From positions 1,413,642 through 1,477,641 of the forward strand of contig JBLWFJ010000001.1 in the NCBI GenBank assembly GCA_048320885.1: a DNA stretch of 64,000 nucleotides, read 5' to 3'. The number at the start of each line of letters is the position of its first letter. Positions within the stretch are counted from its first letter, which is position 1. The notes beneath the pieces were generated by a model. The model ran no database searches. It had not been told where the DNA came from and was given only the letters and a program-made list of their open reading frames with translations. Origin of the DNA: Nannocystaceae bacterium ST9. Its GTDB lineage: Bacteria; Myxococcota_A; Polyangia; Nannocystales; Nannocystaceae. The translations under genes and the position numbers were made by a program. Of the stretch, positions 15,024 to 27,000 are shown one piece after another.

Positions 15024-15851
15024 GTGCCCGCCCGCCGCCCGATCTCCGCCGGCCAAGTCGTGCGGCGGATCGTCGGGCTCGACACCGAGGTGCGGCTGCG
15101 CGAGTGGACGGTGTGGATCCCCGGCTTGTCCGAGGCGCACGACGGCCTGCGAGTCGCCCACCTCAGCGACATCCACGTCGGGCTGGTCACGCCCGATCAG
15201 CGCATCCGCAACGCGGTCGAGCTGATCGCCTCGGTCGAGCCCGATCTGTGCGTGCTGACCGGGGACTTCGCCAGCCGGCGGCCCTCGCCGCTCGAGCGGC
15301 TCGGCAAGCTGCTGCGCGGGCTGCCCGAGCCGACCTACTTCGTGCTCGGCAACCACGATCATCGGGTCGACGCCGCCAAGGTCACCACCGAGCTCGAAGG
15401 CATCGGCTACGTCCACCTCGACAACGAGCACCGCACGATCGAATTCGGCGGCCACCCGCTGCACCTGATCGGCCTCAACGATCCGGTCACGCGTCGGCAT
15501 CGGCCCGAGCAGGCGGTCGCCGGGCTGCCCGAGGGCGGCACTCGCCTGCTGCTCGCCCACCAGGCCGAGAGCCTGGCCGAGGTGCTCGCGCTCGGGCAGC
15601 ACGTCGACCTCTGCGTCAGCGGCCACACCCACGGCGGGCAGATCTACCTGCCGGGGCTCACCGATCGGATGATGGCGCGCATGGGCCTGCGCCACGTTCG
15701 TGGGCTTCGCCGGCTCGACGACATCGGGCCCTGGCTGCACGTGACCCACGGGGTCGGGGCCGCGGTCATGCCCTTGCGCGTGGCCTCGCGGCCCGAAGTC
15801 GGGCTGCTGACGCTGCGCCGCGATCGGACCGATCGCGCGTTCGTGGGCTGA
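15024..15851 (+). CDS. Metallophosphoesterase (calcineurin-like phosphoesterase)
   Basis: Motifs LSDIHVG, GDF, GNHDH and GHTHGG in the canonical order. The start (GTG 15024) is uncertain. The upstream part of ORF 14880.. is R-rich junk. Confidence 0.75.
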   Translation: MPARRPISAGQVVRRIVGLDTEVRLREWTVWIPGLSEAHDGLRVAHLSDIHVGLVTPDQRIRNAVELIASVEPDLCVLTGDFASRRPSPLERLGKLLRGLPEPTYFVLGNHDHRVDAAKVTTELEGIGYVHLDNEHRTIEFGGHPLHLIGLNDPVTRRHRPEQAVAGLPEGGTRLLLAHQAESLAEVLALGQHVDLCVSGHTHGGQIYLPGLTDRMMARMGLRHVRGLRRLDDIGPWLHVTHGVGAAVMPLRVASRPEVGLLTLRRDRTDRAFVG

Positions 15852-15857
15852 GCGCCC

Positions 15858-16253
15858 TCAGCCCTCGTCGGTCCCGAACGCCTGATCTTCGATCCCGTCG
15901 GCGAACATCGCCACGCTCCAGATCATCGCCTTGCACAGATCGACGTCGACGCTCTCGAGCGGCAGCTGGGCGCAGGCGTAGGCCTCGCCCTCGGACGCGG
16001 CGATGAAGGCGTAGCCGATCCCGGAGTTGGCTTCGAGCAGCGCCTCGGCGTCGAGCTCGGCGAGCGGGCCGATGACGCTGTAGACGCTCATCCACGAGTC
16101 GCCGTCCTCGTCGTCTTCGATCCCGACGGTCACGAGCTGCGTGCGGCCGTCCTCGAAGGCGACCTCCAGCGCGAACGCATCGTCTCCGACTTGCTTGTAC
16201 GCGACCTCGAATTGCGAGGCGACATCGCGGATCACATCGTGCAGGGTGGCCAT
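15858..16253 (-). CDS. YbjN-like domain protein (putative sensory transduction regulator / chaperone-like)
   Basis: ATG at 16253 (MATLHDVIRDVASQFEVAYKQVGDDAFALEVAFEDGRTQLVTVG...), 131 aa. The remainder of ORF 15858..16814 is R/A-rich artefact. Confidence 0.6.
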   Translation of the reverse strand: MATLHDVIRDVASQFEVAYKQVGDDAFALEVAFEDGRTQLVTVGIEDDEDGDSWMSVYSVIGPLAELDAEALLEANSGIGYAFIAASEGEAYACAQLPLESVDVDLCKAMIWSVAMFADGIEDQAFGTDEG

Positions 16254-16291
16254 CGGCGACGAGGCTAGCAAGACGCTTCGATCGCCGACAA

Positions 16292-17181
16292 CTAGCGATT
16301 CGTCCGCAGCGGGATCAATCCGGCCGAAGATCCGGCCGAAGATCCGGCCGAAGATCCGGCCGAAGTCGACTCGCCGCTCGCTTTCGCGTGCGCCTGCCAG
16401 ACCGCGGCGAGCTCGCGATCGAGCAAGTGACTGGGATGCACGTGCTCGAGCGCCCCGAGCATGCTCGCGCGGATCCGCGGGTTGTCGCGCTCGAGCGTGT
16501 CGAGCAGCTCGCGCATCCTCTCGCGCTGCAGGCCGCTCTGCGATCCACACAGGTTGCAAGGCAGGATCGGATAGCCGGCCCACGCCGCGTGCTCGATCAA
16601 GTCGGCCTCGGCACAGCGGATCAGCGGACGGATCACCTCGAAGCGGCCATCGTCGGTCGTGTAGCGGGCCGGCATCGCCTGCAGCTTGCCGGCGAAGAAC
16701 AGGTTCATCAGCAGGGTCTCGAGCGCGTCGTCGCGGTGATGCCCGAGCGCGATCTTGTTGCAGCCGAGCCGCGCGGCGGTGGTGTAGAGGATCCCCCGAC
16801 GCATCCGCGAACACACGGCGCAGTAGGTCTTGCCCTCGGCGGTCTGCTCGATCACGGTCGAGTAGGTGTCTTCGCGGACGATCTCGAAGGGCGCGCCGAA
16901 GCGCTCGAGCCAGTCTCGCAGCAGGCTCCCCTCGTAGCCGGGCTGGACCTGATCGAGGTGGACGGCGGTCAGGCGAAACTCGATCGGCGCCCGGCCGCGC
17001 AGCTGCCAGAGCATGTCGAGCAGCGCGTAGCTGTCCTTGCCGCCCGAGACCGCGACCAGGATGTGATCGCCGGGCTGGATCAGCGCGAAGTCGCCGATCG
17101 CCTTGCCCATCGCGCGGGCCAGTCGGGCGCTGCAGGCCGGTCGCTCGCTCATCGTCATCGCTGTCATCGCTGTCATCGCTG

Positions 17182-17185
<4 letters not shown>
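16292..17185 (-). CDS. ttcA: tRNA 2-thiocytidine(32) synthetase TtcA (PP-loop ATPase)
   Basis: SGGKDS PP-loop motif plus CAVC and CNLCG cysteine pairs. An N-terminal MTAMTAMTAMT comes from a 9-nt tandem repeat (start ATG 17185, GGGAG upstream). A C-terminal (SAGS)x4 comes from a 12-nt repeat at 16315..16366. Confidence 0.85.
16315..16366. repeat. 12-nt tandem repeat (gatccggccgaa x4) in the ttcA 3' end
   Basis: Direct read of the sequence. Confidence 0.8.
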
Positions 17186-17622
<437 letters not shown>

Positions 17623-17623
17623 G

Positions 17624-17908
17624 TCAGTCCTGCTTGGCCCCGACCTCGAGCTTGGGCCCGGTCTGGTGCTTGGCCTTCCACTCGGCGTAGGGCATGCCGT
17701 AGACGGTCTCGCGCGCGTCGTCGAGATCGAGCTCGACCCCGCGCTCGGCGGCCGCGGCCGCGTACCACTTGGACAGGCAGTTGCGACAGAACCCGGCCAG
17801 GTTCATCACGTCGATGTTCTGGACCTCGGGCCGGGCCTGGAAGTGCTCGACGAGGCGGCGAAACACGGCGGCCTCGATCTCGGTACGCGTGCGATCGTCG
17901 ATCGGCAT
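17624..17908 (-). CDS. DUF1244-like small protein
   Basis: ATG at 17908 (MPIDDRTRTEIEAAVFRRLVEHFQ...CRNCLSKWY...), 94 aa, one nt upstream of the yjbQ start. Confidence 0.6.
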   Translation of the reverse strand: MPIDDRTRTEIEAAVFRRLVEHFQARPEVQNIDVMNLAGFCRNCLSKWYAAAAAERGVELDLDDARETVYGMPYAEWKAKHQTGPKLEVGAKQD

Positions 17909-18003
17909 GGCGCGGAACGTACACCGGCGGCGCGGCTGTGACGATCGGTCGCACGACAATGCGTCGCAGGGGGTTGGGCGCGCGCGGCCTTTACCCTCCG
18001 GCC

Positions 18004-18378
18004 ATGCTCTGGTCCTGGCTGCGCGCCCTCCGTCCCCTGCCCTGCATCGCCCTGCTCGCCCTGACGCTGCCGACCGGCTGCGACGACGGCGACGAGGACG
18101 ACGACCACCATCACGCCGACGAGGCCGACGAGACCGCGGACACGAGCGGCGAGACCGGCGAAGTCGACCTCGCCAACGGCCAGGCGATCCACGAGGGCAC
18201 CTGCCTGACCTGCCACCCCGCCAACGGCATCGACCTCGAGGAGCACATCCCCGAGCACACCGACGTGCAGCTGTTCGACGTCATCGATCTCGGCGAAGGC
18301 GACATGCCGGCCCAGGATCAGCTCTCCGATCAGGACATCCACGACGTGATCGCGTATCTGCGCTCGATCTACGGCTGA
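18004..18378 (+). CDS. Mono-haem c-type cytochrome lipoprotein
   Basis: ATG at 18004. Signal peptide with lipobox LTLPTGC, an acidic His-rich linker (DDGDEDDDHHHADEADE), and a CLTCH haem-binding motif. Only the C-terminus of the otherwise spurious ORF 16141..18378 is real. Confidence 0.65.
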   Translation: MLWSWLRALRPLPCIALLALTLPTGCDDGDEDDDHHHADEADETADTSGETGEVDLANGQAIHEGTCLTCHPANGIDLEEHIPEHTDVQLFDVIDLGEGDMPAQDQLSDQDIHDVIAYLRSIYG

Positions 18379-18399
18379 GCGCAGATACGCGAGCCGCGA

Positions 18400-19167
18400 T
18401 CAGGGCTCGTCGTCGGATCCGCCCCAGCCCCAGAGCTTGCCGATCTGCTTGCAGGCGCGCGCGAGCTGGGCGGTCGCGGCGTGGTTGTTGCCGTACTCGG
18501 GGAACACGTCGACCAGCGCGACATCGGCCGCGAGCGTCGGCAGCAGCTTGAACGCGTCGCCGATCAGCACCTTGACCTTGGGCTTGCCATGCGCGGCGAG
18601 CAGGACCATCGCGCGCGGCATGATCAGATCGCAGAGCTCGCGCGAGCGCTCGACCACGGTCAGCTCGCTGACCGCTTGCCGCTTGCCGACCTCGATCAGC
18701 TGGTGGGCGAGCCCGAGCCCCGCGATGACCACACGTCCGCGCGCGAGCTTGGTGCCCGGCCGCAGCGTCAGCAGCTCGGCCGGGGTCAGGCTCATCCACG
18801 GGTACATGCCCCACTGACCATCGGCTCGCTTCTCGTAGAGCACCGGGATCTCGACGTCGTCGTCGAACACGACCGAGCCGCGCTGCTGGTTGAACCAGGT
18901 CTCCATCAGCTTGCCGCGGCGGTGCAGGCGGATGACGTAGCGAAACTGGCCGCCGGGTGAGTCGATGTATTCGTCGGCCTGCAACTGACCTGCGGGCGCA
19001 TCGCTGGGTACGACCTCGGGAAACAGGCGCGTGATCGGGTAGGTCTTGGCCTGGATGTTGAGCTCGGTCTGATAGCGGAGCTTGCGAGACCAAGGCACAC
19101 ATTGCCCGAGCCGTCGCTCGATGTCGGCCGCCAGGTGGGCTCGCTGTGCAGGGGTCAGCACGATCAT
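18400..19167 (-). CDS. Hypothetical protein with spermidine-synthase-like / class I Rossmann fold
   Basis: VVIAGLGLAHQLIEV...LTVVERSRELCDLI...VKVLIGDAFKLL...VALVDVF resembles the aminopropyltransferase layout but lacks GGGDGG. Confidence 0.5.
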   Translation of the reverse strand: MIVLTPAQRAHLAADIERRLGQCVPWSRKLRYQTELNIQAKTYPITRLFPEVVPSDAPAGQLQADEYIDSPGGQFRYVIRLHRRGKLMETWFNQQRGSVVFDDDVEIPVLYEKRADGQWGMYPWMSLTPAELLTLRPGTKLARGRVVIAGLGLAHQLIEVGKRQAVSELTVVERSRELCDLIMPRAMVLLAAHGKPKVKVLIGDAFKLLPTLAADVALVDVFPEYGNNHAATAQLARACKQIGKLWGWGGSDDEP

Positions 19168-19267
19168 GAGCGAAGATTGTACGCCGCCTCGCGCTCCGGC
19201 CCGAGCGCTTCGCGAGTCGCCGATTTCGAGTGGCGGAGGGCCTGTTCCTTGCTATGTCGGAGCTGCG

Positions 19268-19714
19268 ATGACTCGCGTGCATCCGCCGGAGCTGCGCCAT
19301 CTCGTGCACGAGTCCGTGCCACGAATGATCGTCGCGCTGGGCATGCCGCGATCGCTGGCGCGGAAGATCGCGCAGCGTGGGTGCTCGAGCGCGGCGTCGC
19401 GCGAGCGGCTGATCTACGTGCGCGACGAAGCCTGGTCGCTCGCCAAGCAGCGCTGGCAGGCCGGGCAGAAGCCCGAGGCCGAGCGCGCCGAGCTGCTGGC
19501 GACGATCACCGGCCTGCTCGCGCTGGTGCTCGACGTGCGTGGCCACGACCCCGAGCTGGCCGACGCGATGATCGATCGCGCGCTCGCGCTGTGCACGAGC
19601 TGGGCGATCACCGAGCTCGCCGTGCACACGGCCAAGCCCGAGCGACTGCACGAAGGTTGGGCGCTCTCCCTCGCGCGTTGGTTCGCGGGTCGGCGCAAGC
19701 CTTCGGTCGCCTGA
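19268..19714 (+). CDS. Hypothetical protein (148 aa)
   Basis: ATG at 19268 (MTRVHPPELRHLVHESVPRMIVALG...) with helical, non-degenerate composition. The upstream part of the ORF is junk. Confidence 0.4.
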   Translation: MTRVHPPELRHLVHESVPRMIVALGMPRSLARKIAQRGCSSAASRERLIYVRDEAWSLAKQRWQAGQKPEAERAELLATITGLLALVLDVRGHDPELADAMIDRALALCTSWAITELAVHTAKPERLHEGWALSLARWFAGRRKPSVA

Positions 19715-19732
19715 GCCCTCGACCTGGCCGGG

Positions 19733-21481
19733 TCAGATCGAGATCGAGCCCTTGCGGAACTCGGTGGTCCCGATCATCGCGTTGATCAGCACCGGCTTGC
19801 CGGCCTTGGCCTGCGCCTGCGCGCGCGCGATCGTCTCGCCGATCTTCGCCGGATCGTCGAGCAGCAGGCCCTCGCCGCCGTAGCCCTGCGCGACCACGTG
19901 ATAGTCGCTGCGCCGCAGCACCGTCCCGCACGCGTCGCCGAGCATCTCGACCTGATCGCGGGCGATCTGAGCCCACGATCCATCGTTGCCGACGATCGCG
20001 ATCGGGGCCATGCCGTGGCGCACGTAGGTGTCGAACTCGGCCAGCGAGTAGGCCGACGAGCCGTCGCCGTAGATCAGCCAGACCTCGGCGTTCGGTCGAC
20101 AGGCCGCGCCGGCGATCGCAAAGCCACCGCCGACCCCGAGCGTGCCGAACACCCCGGGGTCGAGCCACGAGAGCGGCCGGCGAGGCTTCAGGATGTACGC
20201 CGCCGTGGCCACGAAGTCGCCACCGTCGACGACCAGCACGCTCTCGTCGGCCATCCGCTGCTCGAGCTGCAAGAAGATGTCGAGCGGGTTGAGGCCGCCC
20301 TTCAGCGTGTCTTTCGACTGCGCGACGATCTCGTGGTCGCGCTCGCGCTCGGCCTGTTGGAGCCTGGAATGCCACTCGATCCAGCGCTCGGGCTTGGCGG
20401 TGAAGCGGCTGGCGAGCTGCTGGATCACCCGGCCCGAGTCGGCGTGGATCCCGAGCGTCGGCTTGCGATTCTTGCTCAGCGCCTCGAGCTCGAGGTTGAT
20501 CGTGATCAGCTTGGCCTTGCGGCCGATCGCCTGGCCGTAGCCGAGCCGAAAGTCGAGCGGGAATCCGCAGACCAGCACGAGGTCGGCGGCCTTGAGCGCG
20601 GCGCTGCGCTTGTGTCGGTATTGCAGCTCGTGATCGCGGCCGAGCAGGCCGCGGGCCATGCCGGCCAGGAACACCGGCGCGCCCAGCCGAGCGAGCGCGT
20701 CGGCGATCGCCCGGACCTCGCCCGCGCGCGCGACCGCCTGCGAGCCGACCACGATCACCGGCCGCTCCGCGTCGCGCAGCAAGTTGAGCGCGCGGCCGAG
20801 CTCGATCATGTTGGCCTGTGGGATCTCGACGCTCGCCGGATCGCTGGGATCGGGCCCGGGCGCGCCCCAGAACTGGCGAGCGAGGTGCTGCTCGAGGTAG
20901 GCCCGAGTCGCGTAGCCGGCCAGGTTCTTGGGCTGCGCTACCCCGCCTTGCTCGATGTACCACTTCCGCACGATCGCCTCGGCGTAGAGCATGTCGACCG
21001 GGACCTCGACGAACACCGGCCCGGGCACGCCCTCGCGCGCGAGTCGAAACGCGGCCTCGACCGTCGGGACCAGCTGGCGGACGGCTCGCGGCGTGAACAC
21101 GTGCTTGACGTGCGGCCGCATCAGCGCGCGCTGATCGATGTCTTGCAGGGCGCCGCGACCCTCGAGCACGGTCGCCGTCTTGCCGCCGAAGATCACCAGC
21201 GGCGACTCGGCCAGCTGGGCGTTCTTGATCGCGGTGATCGTGTTGGTCAGGCCGGGCCCGGCCGTGACCGCGGCGACGCCCGGGATCCCGGTCATGCGCG
21301 CGGTGGCGTCGGCCGCAAACACGGCGCTGGCCTCGTCGCGCACGTCGATCACCGCGATGCCGGCCCGCTTGGCCCCGACCAGGATCGGCGAGATGTGGCC
21401 GCCGCACAGGGTGTAGAGCTGGCGGACCCCTTGCCGGGTCAGCACGCGCGCGATGATCTCTCCGCCGTCGATGCCGGTCAT
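19733..21481 (-). CDS. Thiamine pyrophosphate-dependent enzyme (acetolactate synthase large subunit-like)
   Basis: N-terminal TPP-Pyr domain ([21 protein letters not shown]) and C-terminal TPP-binding GDGS...N motif ([16 protein letters not shown]...GNDGSW). ATG at 21481. Confidence 0.85.
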   Translation of the reverse strand: MTGIDGGEIIARVLTRQGVRQLYTLCGGHISPILVGAKRAGIAVIDVRDEASAVFAADATARMTGIPGVAAVTAGPGLTNTITAIKNAQLAESPLVIFGGKTATVLEGRGALQDIDQRALMRPHVKHVFTPRAVRQLVPTVEAAFRLAREGVPGPVFVEVPVDMLYAEAIVRKWYIEQGGVAQPKNLAGYATRAYLEQHLARQFWGAPGPDPSDPASVEIPQANMIELGRALNLLRDAERPVIVVGSQAVARAGEVRAIADALARLGAPVFLAGMARGLLGRDHELQYRHKRSAALKAADLVLVCGFPLDFRLGYGQAIGRKAKLITINLELEALSKNRKPTLGIHADSGRVIQQLASRFTAKPERWIEWHSRLQQAERERDHEIVAQSKDTLKGGLNPLDIFLQLEQRMADESVLVVDGGDFVATAAYILKPRRPLSWLDPGVFGTLGVGGGFAIAGAACRPNAEVWLIYGDGSSAYSLAEFDTYVRHGMAPIAIVGNDGSWAQIARDQVEMLGDACGTVLRRSDYHVVAQGYGGEGLLLDDPAKIGETIARAQAQAKAGKPVLINAMIGTTEFRKGSISI

Positions 21482-21551
21482 GTCGTCGTCCCCGCTCGAA
21501 CACATAGCAGTCGGCCGGACGCGTGTCGTGGGTCAGGTCCGCGAGCAAGGG

Positions 21552-22258
21552 CGCTAAGATGTGGAAGTCCAATGCCACCCGCGACCCCAGGCTCCACCGA
21601 TACGCCCGATACGCCCGAGGCGGCTGCCAAGGCCCGCTTCTGGGACAAGATTGCCCGCAAGTACGCCGCCGGTCCGGTCGAGGATCCGGCCGGCTACGAG
21701 CGGACGCTGGCACGCACGCGAGAGCTGCTCTCGCCCACGCAGCGGGTGCTCGAGGTCGGCTGTGGGACCGGCACCACCGCCTTGCACCTCGCCCCCTCGA
21801 CCGGGCACATGCTCGCGACCGACGTGTCGCCGGAGATGATCGCCATCGCGCGAGAGAAGCTGGCCGCCTCGCCGCGGCCCAACCTCGAGTTCGCGGTCGC
21901 CGACGCCGACGCGCCCGGGTTCGGCCAAGCCACCTACGACGTCGTGCTGGCCTTCAACCTCCTGCACCTCGTCGCGGATCTCGACGCCGCGCTGAGCTCC
22001 CTCGTGGCGGCGCTCGAGCCGGGCGGGGTGCTGGTGTCGAAGACGGCCTGCATGGGCGACATGAACCCGCTCATCACCCGGCTGGTCATCCCGGTCATGC
22101 GCCTGTTCGGCAAGGCGCCGCCGGTGCTCTGCTTCGACGCGGCCCAGCTGCGAGCCGCGCTGACGCGGCACGGCCTGGAGGTCGTCGCGCTCGAGTACCA
22201 CGGCAGCAAGGGCAAGGACGCGCGGCCCTTCATCATCGCCAAGAAGATCGCCACGTAG
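21552..22258 (+). CDS. Class I SAM-dependent methyltransferase
   Basis: Motif I VLEVGCGTGTTALHLA and a post-I acidic residue (LATDVSPEM). ATG at 21552. Confidence 0.8.
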
Positions 22259-22269
22259 ACTCGCGGCGA

Positions 22270-22689
22270 TCAGCCGCCCGCGGATCGATCGAGCACGTGC
22301 CGATCGAGCACGGCGCAGTTGAAGGTCCCGAGCAGCACGGCCTCGCCCTCGGCCCCTTCGTCGCCGAGCACGAACACCTCGACCTCGACCTCGCGCTTGC
22401 GGCCCGACTCGCGGACCAGCACGGCCCGAGCGCGGACCGACTGGCCGGCGCGGACCGGCGCGGTGAACTTGACGTTGGCCGAGCCGAGCACGACGTTGGG
22501 GTGGTTGACGGCCAGCATCGCCGCGTGATCGGCCAGCCCGAACACGAAGCCGCCGTGAACCAACCCGCGATCGTCGACGGCCATCGCGGGCGTGGTCGTC
22601 AGCACGACGTCGGCCTCGCCGGGCGCCAGCCGTTCGGCCCGGCCACACAGGCTCGTGTCGATGTCGAGGTGCGTCGCGGATCCAGTCAT
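22270..22689 (-). CDS. Hotdog-fold thioesterase (PaaI-like)
   Basis: ATG at 22689 (MTGSATHLDIDTSLCG...GLVHGGFVFGLADHAAMLAVN...), 139 aa. Only the 3' end of ORF 22270..23844 is real. Confidence 0.7.
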   Translation of the reverse strand: MTGSATHLDIDTSLCGRAERLAPGEADVVLTTTPAMAVDDRGLVHGGFVFGLADHAAMLAVNHPNVVLGSANVKFTAPVRAGQSVRARAVLVRESGRKREVEVEVFVLGDEGAEGEAVLLGTFNCAVLDRHVLDRSAGG

Positions 22690-22716
22690 CGCGCCGTCCC
22701 GTGTAGCATCCCCGGC

Positions 22717-23950
22717 ATGGCCAGCGCCACGAGCTTCTGCCCCGAGTGTGGAACCGAGAACCCCGGCGACGCCAACAAGTGCAGCGCGTGCGGACGTTCG
22801 CTCGACGCGATGGCCGAGCTCGAGCGAGCCGGCAAGGTCGTGCGCGGCCGCAAGCTCCACGGGTCGGTCGCCGCGACCGCGGCCGGCGTGTGCGTCGGCT
22901 TCGTGGTGCTCGCCTGGATCGCCGGGCTCTCGCTGCGGCTCGACGTCGAGACCGTGACGCAGTTCGACGGCGAGCAGTTCCGGGCGGTCGAGCTGCTCGC
23001 CGCCGAGGCCGGACTCTGGCAGGTGTTCGGCAACGTGGTCGGGTTCGCGGCCGCCGGGCTGATCGCCGCGTCGGTGTTCGGCGGGCGCTATCTCAAGGAG
23101 GTGCTGCTCGGGGCCGCGGCCGGGCTGGCCCTGCAGGCGCTGATCTGGCTGGCGATGGTCCAGAAGGCCGGCGGCAGCCTCGCCGGCGATCTGTGGATCG
23201 TCGGCGAGGGCTTCGTGATGCGCGGGCCGGCGCCGCTGCTGCTCGCTCAATTGCTGCTGCTCATGCTCTTCGGCGCGATGCTGGCCGCGTTCACCGGCTT
23301 CGTCGTGCGCGAGCTGATCACCGGCAAATCCGAGTGCGTGCACTGCCATCGCAGCCACGCGATCCGACCCCAGCCGCCCGCTCGCTGCCCGCACTGCGAC
23401 GCCGACCAGGTCCGCGACGGCGTGCAGTGGCCCTGGGTGCTGGTGTTCGCGGCCGCCGGCACGCTGGTCTGGGCGCTGGTCTTGGCGTTCGCCCGCGAGC
23501 CCCTCGGGTTCGCGCTCGAGTGTCGCGAGTCGCTCGCCGCCGACACGCTCACGCCGGCCTGCGACGCCGCCTTGCGCAACGACGACTACACGATCTTCGT
23601 GATCGAGCGGACCCGGACCTCGCTGAGCTTCTGGGCGATCGACCAATGGCTCTTCCTCGAGGTCGGCGCGGCCTGGATGTTCATGGGCCCGGTCGCGCTG
23701 ATGTTCGCGGTCAAGCGAGGCGCCCGAGCCTCGGCGGCGGCCCTGATCCCCACCTTGTGGTTGTTGGCCAGCTTCGTGGTGATGGTCGTGCTCGCCGACC
23801 TCGGCGGCAGCGAGCAGGGCTTCTTGTTCCTGATGCGGCTGCAAGTGCTCGCGTTGGTGATCTGGGGGGGTCGCGGGCGCGCTCGGTCTCGCGCTGGCCT
23901 ACAAGCTTCGCTTCCGCAGCGAGGCCGCGTACCTCGACGAGATCGAGTGA
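22717..23950 (+). CDS. Zinc-ribbon (CPECG...CSACG) multi-TM membrane protein carrying a +1 frameshift in a G7 run at 23864-23870
   Basis: ATG at 22717 (MASATSFCPECGTENPGDANKCSACGRSL...). The reading frame becomes R-rich junk after ...LALVIWG at the G7 run, and the frame starting at 23870 completes a clean TM/C-terminus VAGALGLALAYKLRFRSEAAYLDEIE* (stop 23948-50). Either a sequencing error or a pseudogene. Confidence 0.55.
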
Positions 23951-24002
23951 TCGATCGCAGCGAGCGACCCACACGCGCGCGTGGCTCCTGTACGCTGGGC
24001 GT

Positions 24003-27000
24003 GTGGACGTGGACGGGACGCTCGAGTCGACGAGCGATGGCGAAGACGAATCGGAGCTCGAGTCGTCGTCGAGCGACGAGTCCTCGCACGCGTCCTCGAT
24101 CGACGACTCGGGCGTCGACACCTCGGCCGACTCGACCCGCACGCCCCGACCCGACGTGTTCGATCTGCACGTGGGCGAGCTGCTCGACGGCTATCGACTC
24201 GACCAACTGATCGGCGCAGGCGGGATGGGTCGAGTGTTCGAAGCTCGGCACGTCCGCAGCGGCGAGCTGGTGGCGCTCAAGCTGCTCAGTTGCAGCGATC
24301 CCGGCCATCTGGCCCGGTTCAAGCGCGAATTCCGGGCACTGGCCAGGGTCGAGCACGCCAACCTGATCCGGCTCGGGGAGCTGCGCGTGCTGTCCGAGAC
24401 GCGCGCCTACATCACGATGGAACGGATCCGCGGGCGGCCCTTCGTCGACTGGGTTCGCAGGCGAACACCGCCCGGTCGACTGCCCAACTTGCTGCGCCTG
24501 CAACGAGCGATGCGTCAGCTGATCGCCGGTGCGTCGCGACTGCACCACGAGCAGTGTGTCCATCGCGACCTCAAGCCCTCGAACGTGCTGATCACCGACG
24601 AGGGCCGCGTGGTCATCCTCGACTTCGGCCTGATCCGCGAGGCCCAATCCGGGACGCCCACGCTCACGCGCGATGGCCAAGTGTTGGGGACCCCGGCGTA
24701 CATGGCCCCGGAACAGGCCAGTCGCGAGCACGACGTGAGCCCGGCCTCCGACTGGTACGCGGTCGGGGTGATGCTCTTCGAGTGCCTGACCGGCGCGCGG
24801 CCCTTCGATGGTTCGGCGGCGGCGATCATGATCGCCAAGCGGACCCGCGACGCGCCCGATCCCGGCACGATGGTCTACGGGCTGCCCGAGCCGCTGCGCG
24901 AGCTCTGCGTCCGATTGCTGGCCCGCGAGGCCGCCGCCCGGCCGAGCGAGGGCGAGCTGATCGCGGTGTTCGGCGAGGTCTCGGGGCCCTTGCCCGCCGC
25001 GCTCGAGCAGCCCGCCTTCGTCGGTCGCGCGCGCGAGCTCGAGTGTCTGCGCGAGGCGAGGCGCGAGGTTCAGGCCAGCGCGAGCCCGGTAGTCGTGCGG
25101 ATCGTCGGCGCGCCCGGGCTCGGCAAGTCGACGCTGGTCCGCCACTACTTTCGTGAGCTCGTCGATCAGCCCGAGGTCACCTCGCTGCGCTGTCGCTGCC
25201 TCGAGCGCGAGTCGCTGCCCTACAAGGGCATCGACGGGATCGTCGACTCGCTCGCCGTGTTGATCCGTCGGATGTCCGAGGTCGAGGCCGCGGCCCTGCA
25301 ACCGCGCCAGCTCGGCGCGCTCGCTCGGATCTTCCCGGCCTTGGCCGGCGCTTGGGGCCCGCGTCCGCGCACGCTCGACGCCGAGCCCAAGGAGCTGCGC
25401 CGGATGGGTGGCGCTGCGCTACGCGAGGTGTTTCAGCGGCTCGCCGATCGCCGCCAACTGATCGTCGCGATCGACGACTTCCAGTGGGCCGACATCGACA
25501 GCGCTCGGCTCTTGCTCGAGATCCTCGGCCCGCCCGACCCGCCGGCGATCCTGCTGATCCTCGGCCACACCGACGCGCGCGGCGAGGCGCTCGAGCTGCT
25601 CGATCGCTACGACGCGTTCGCCGACATCCGCGTCGACGAGATCCAGCTCGGCCCGCTCTCGCGCGACGAAGCCGAGCAGCTCGTGCATGCCCTGACCCCT
25701 GGCGACGAGCTCGGCGACGAGCAGCTCGAGCAGGTGGTTCGGCGCAGCGAGGGCAGCCCCTTGCTGGTCCACCAGCTCGCGCGTGTCGACGTCGGCGTGG
25801 CGCTCGACGACGCGGCCGATCGCCTGATCGTCCGGCGCGTGCTCGAGCTGCCGGCCGCGCAACGCCAGCTGCTCGAGCAGATCGCGGTGGCCTCGGGGCC
25901 CTTGTCGCGCGCCGCGATCGACTCGCTGATCGAGGCGAGCTCGGTCGACCTCGCGGCCCTGGTCGAGAGCGGCCTGGTCCGCCGCGAGCCGCTCGCGAGC
26001 GGCGAGCAGCTCGAGTGCGCCCACGCCCGGATCCGCGAGCTGGTCGTCGCCGAGCTGACCCCGAACGAGCTGAGCCGACGCCACCGCGAGCTGGCCAAGG
26101 TGCTCGAGCAGCACGGCGCCGAGCCGGAGGCGATCGCCGATCACTGGGAGCAGGGTCGCCGGCCCCAGCACGCCGCCCACTGGGCCGAGCAGGCCGCCCG
26201 GCAAGCCGCGAGCATGCTGGCCTTCGCCCGCGCGGCCGCGGCCTATCGCCGGGCCCTGCGGGCGCTCGGCAACCTGACGATCGGCCCGGTCGACGAGCTG
26301 CGCGAGCAACTGGCAGAGCAGCTGATCGCGCTGGGCGAGGTCCGCGATGCCGCCGATCTGCTGGTCGAGCTCGCGACCCGAGCCGCGCCCGAGCGAGCCT
26401 CGGCGCTGCGTCGGCGCGTGGCCTGGCTGCTGCTCGAAGACGGCCGGATCGAAGAGGCGTTCCCGCTGATCGGAGAGCAGCTCGAGCAGGTCGGCGAGGC
26501 GTTGCCCAGCGAGCGCTGGCGGATCGTGCTCGGGCTGGTCCGCGACCGCGCGGCGCTGGCCCTGCGCGGGCTCGAGTTCGAGCCCCGAGCCGAGGCCGAG
26601 ATCGACCCCGATCGGCTGGCGCGGGTCGACACGCTCAGCACCTTCGTCACCTTGCTCTCGCAGTACGGCCACCACCCGCGCGCGGCGTTGATCACCTCGG
26701 CCTTGCGCGCCCGCCTGCTCCGGCTCGCGCTCGCGGCCGGCGAGCCCGGCCGGGTCGCCTACTCGCTCGCCCACGAGGGCTTGATCCTCGCGGCCTCGGG
26801 CAACACCGAGCTCGGCGATCGCCTGGTCGAGCGCGGCCGTCGACTGCTGCCCGAGCCGAGCGCCGACTCGACCGCGGCGCTGCGAGTCCGCCACGTCGAG
26901 GCGATGCTCTACTTCATGACCGGTCGCTGGCCGCGGGCGAGCGAGCGGATCGACGCGCTGGTCGAGCTCAGCGAGCACAGCGCGAGCGGCTGGCTGCGCC

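Noticed and set aside
19608-22258. 701-aa minus ORF and 786-aa plus ORF across the TPP-enzyme gene
   Set aside because: Alternative frames or antisense of the TPP-dependent enzyme. Only the 3' 235 aa of the plus ORF (the SAM methyltransferase) is real.
21523-24210. 895-aa plus ORF
   Set aside because: A chimera. Its first part is junk, its middle is the real zinc-ribbon membrane protein, and past the G7 run it continues in a wrong frame into the kinase leader region.
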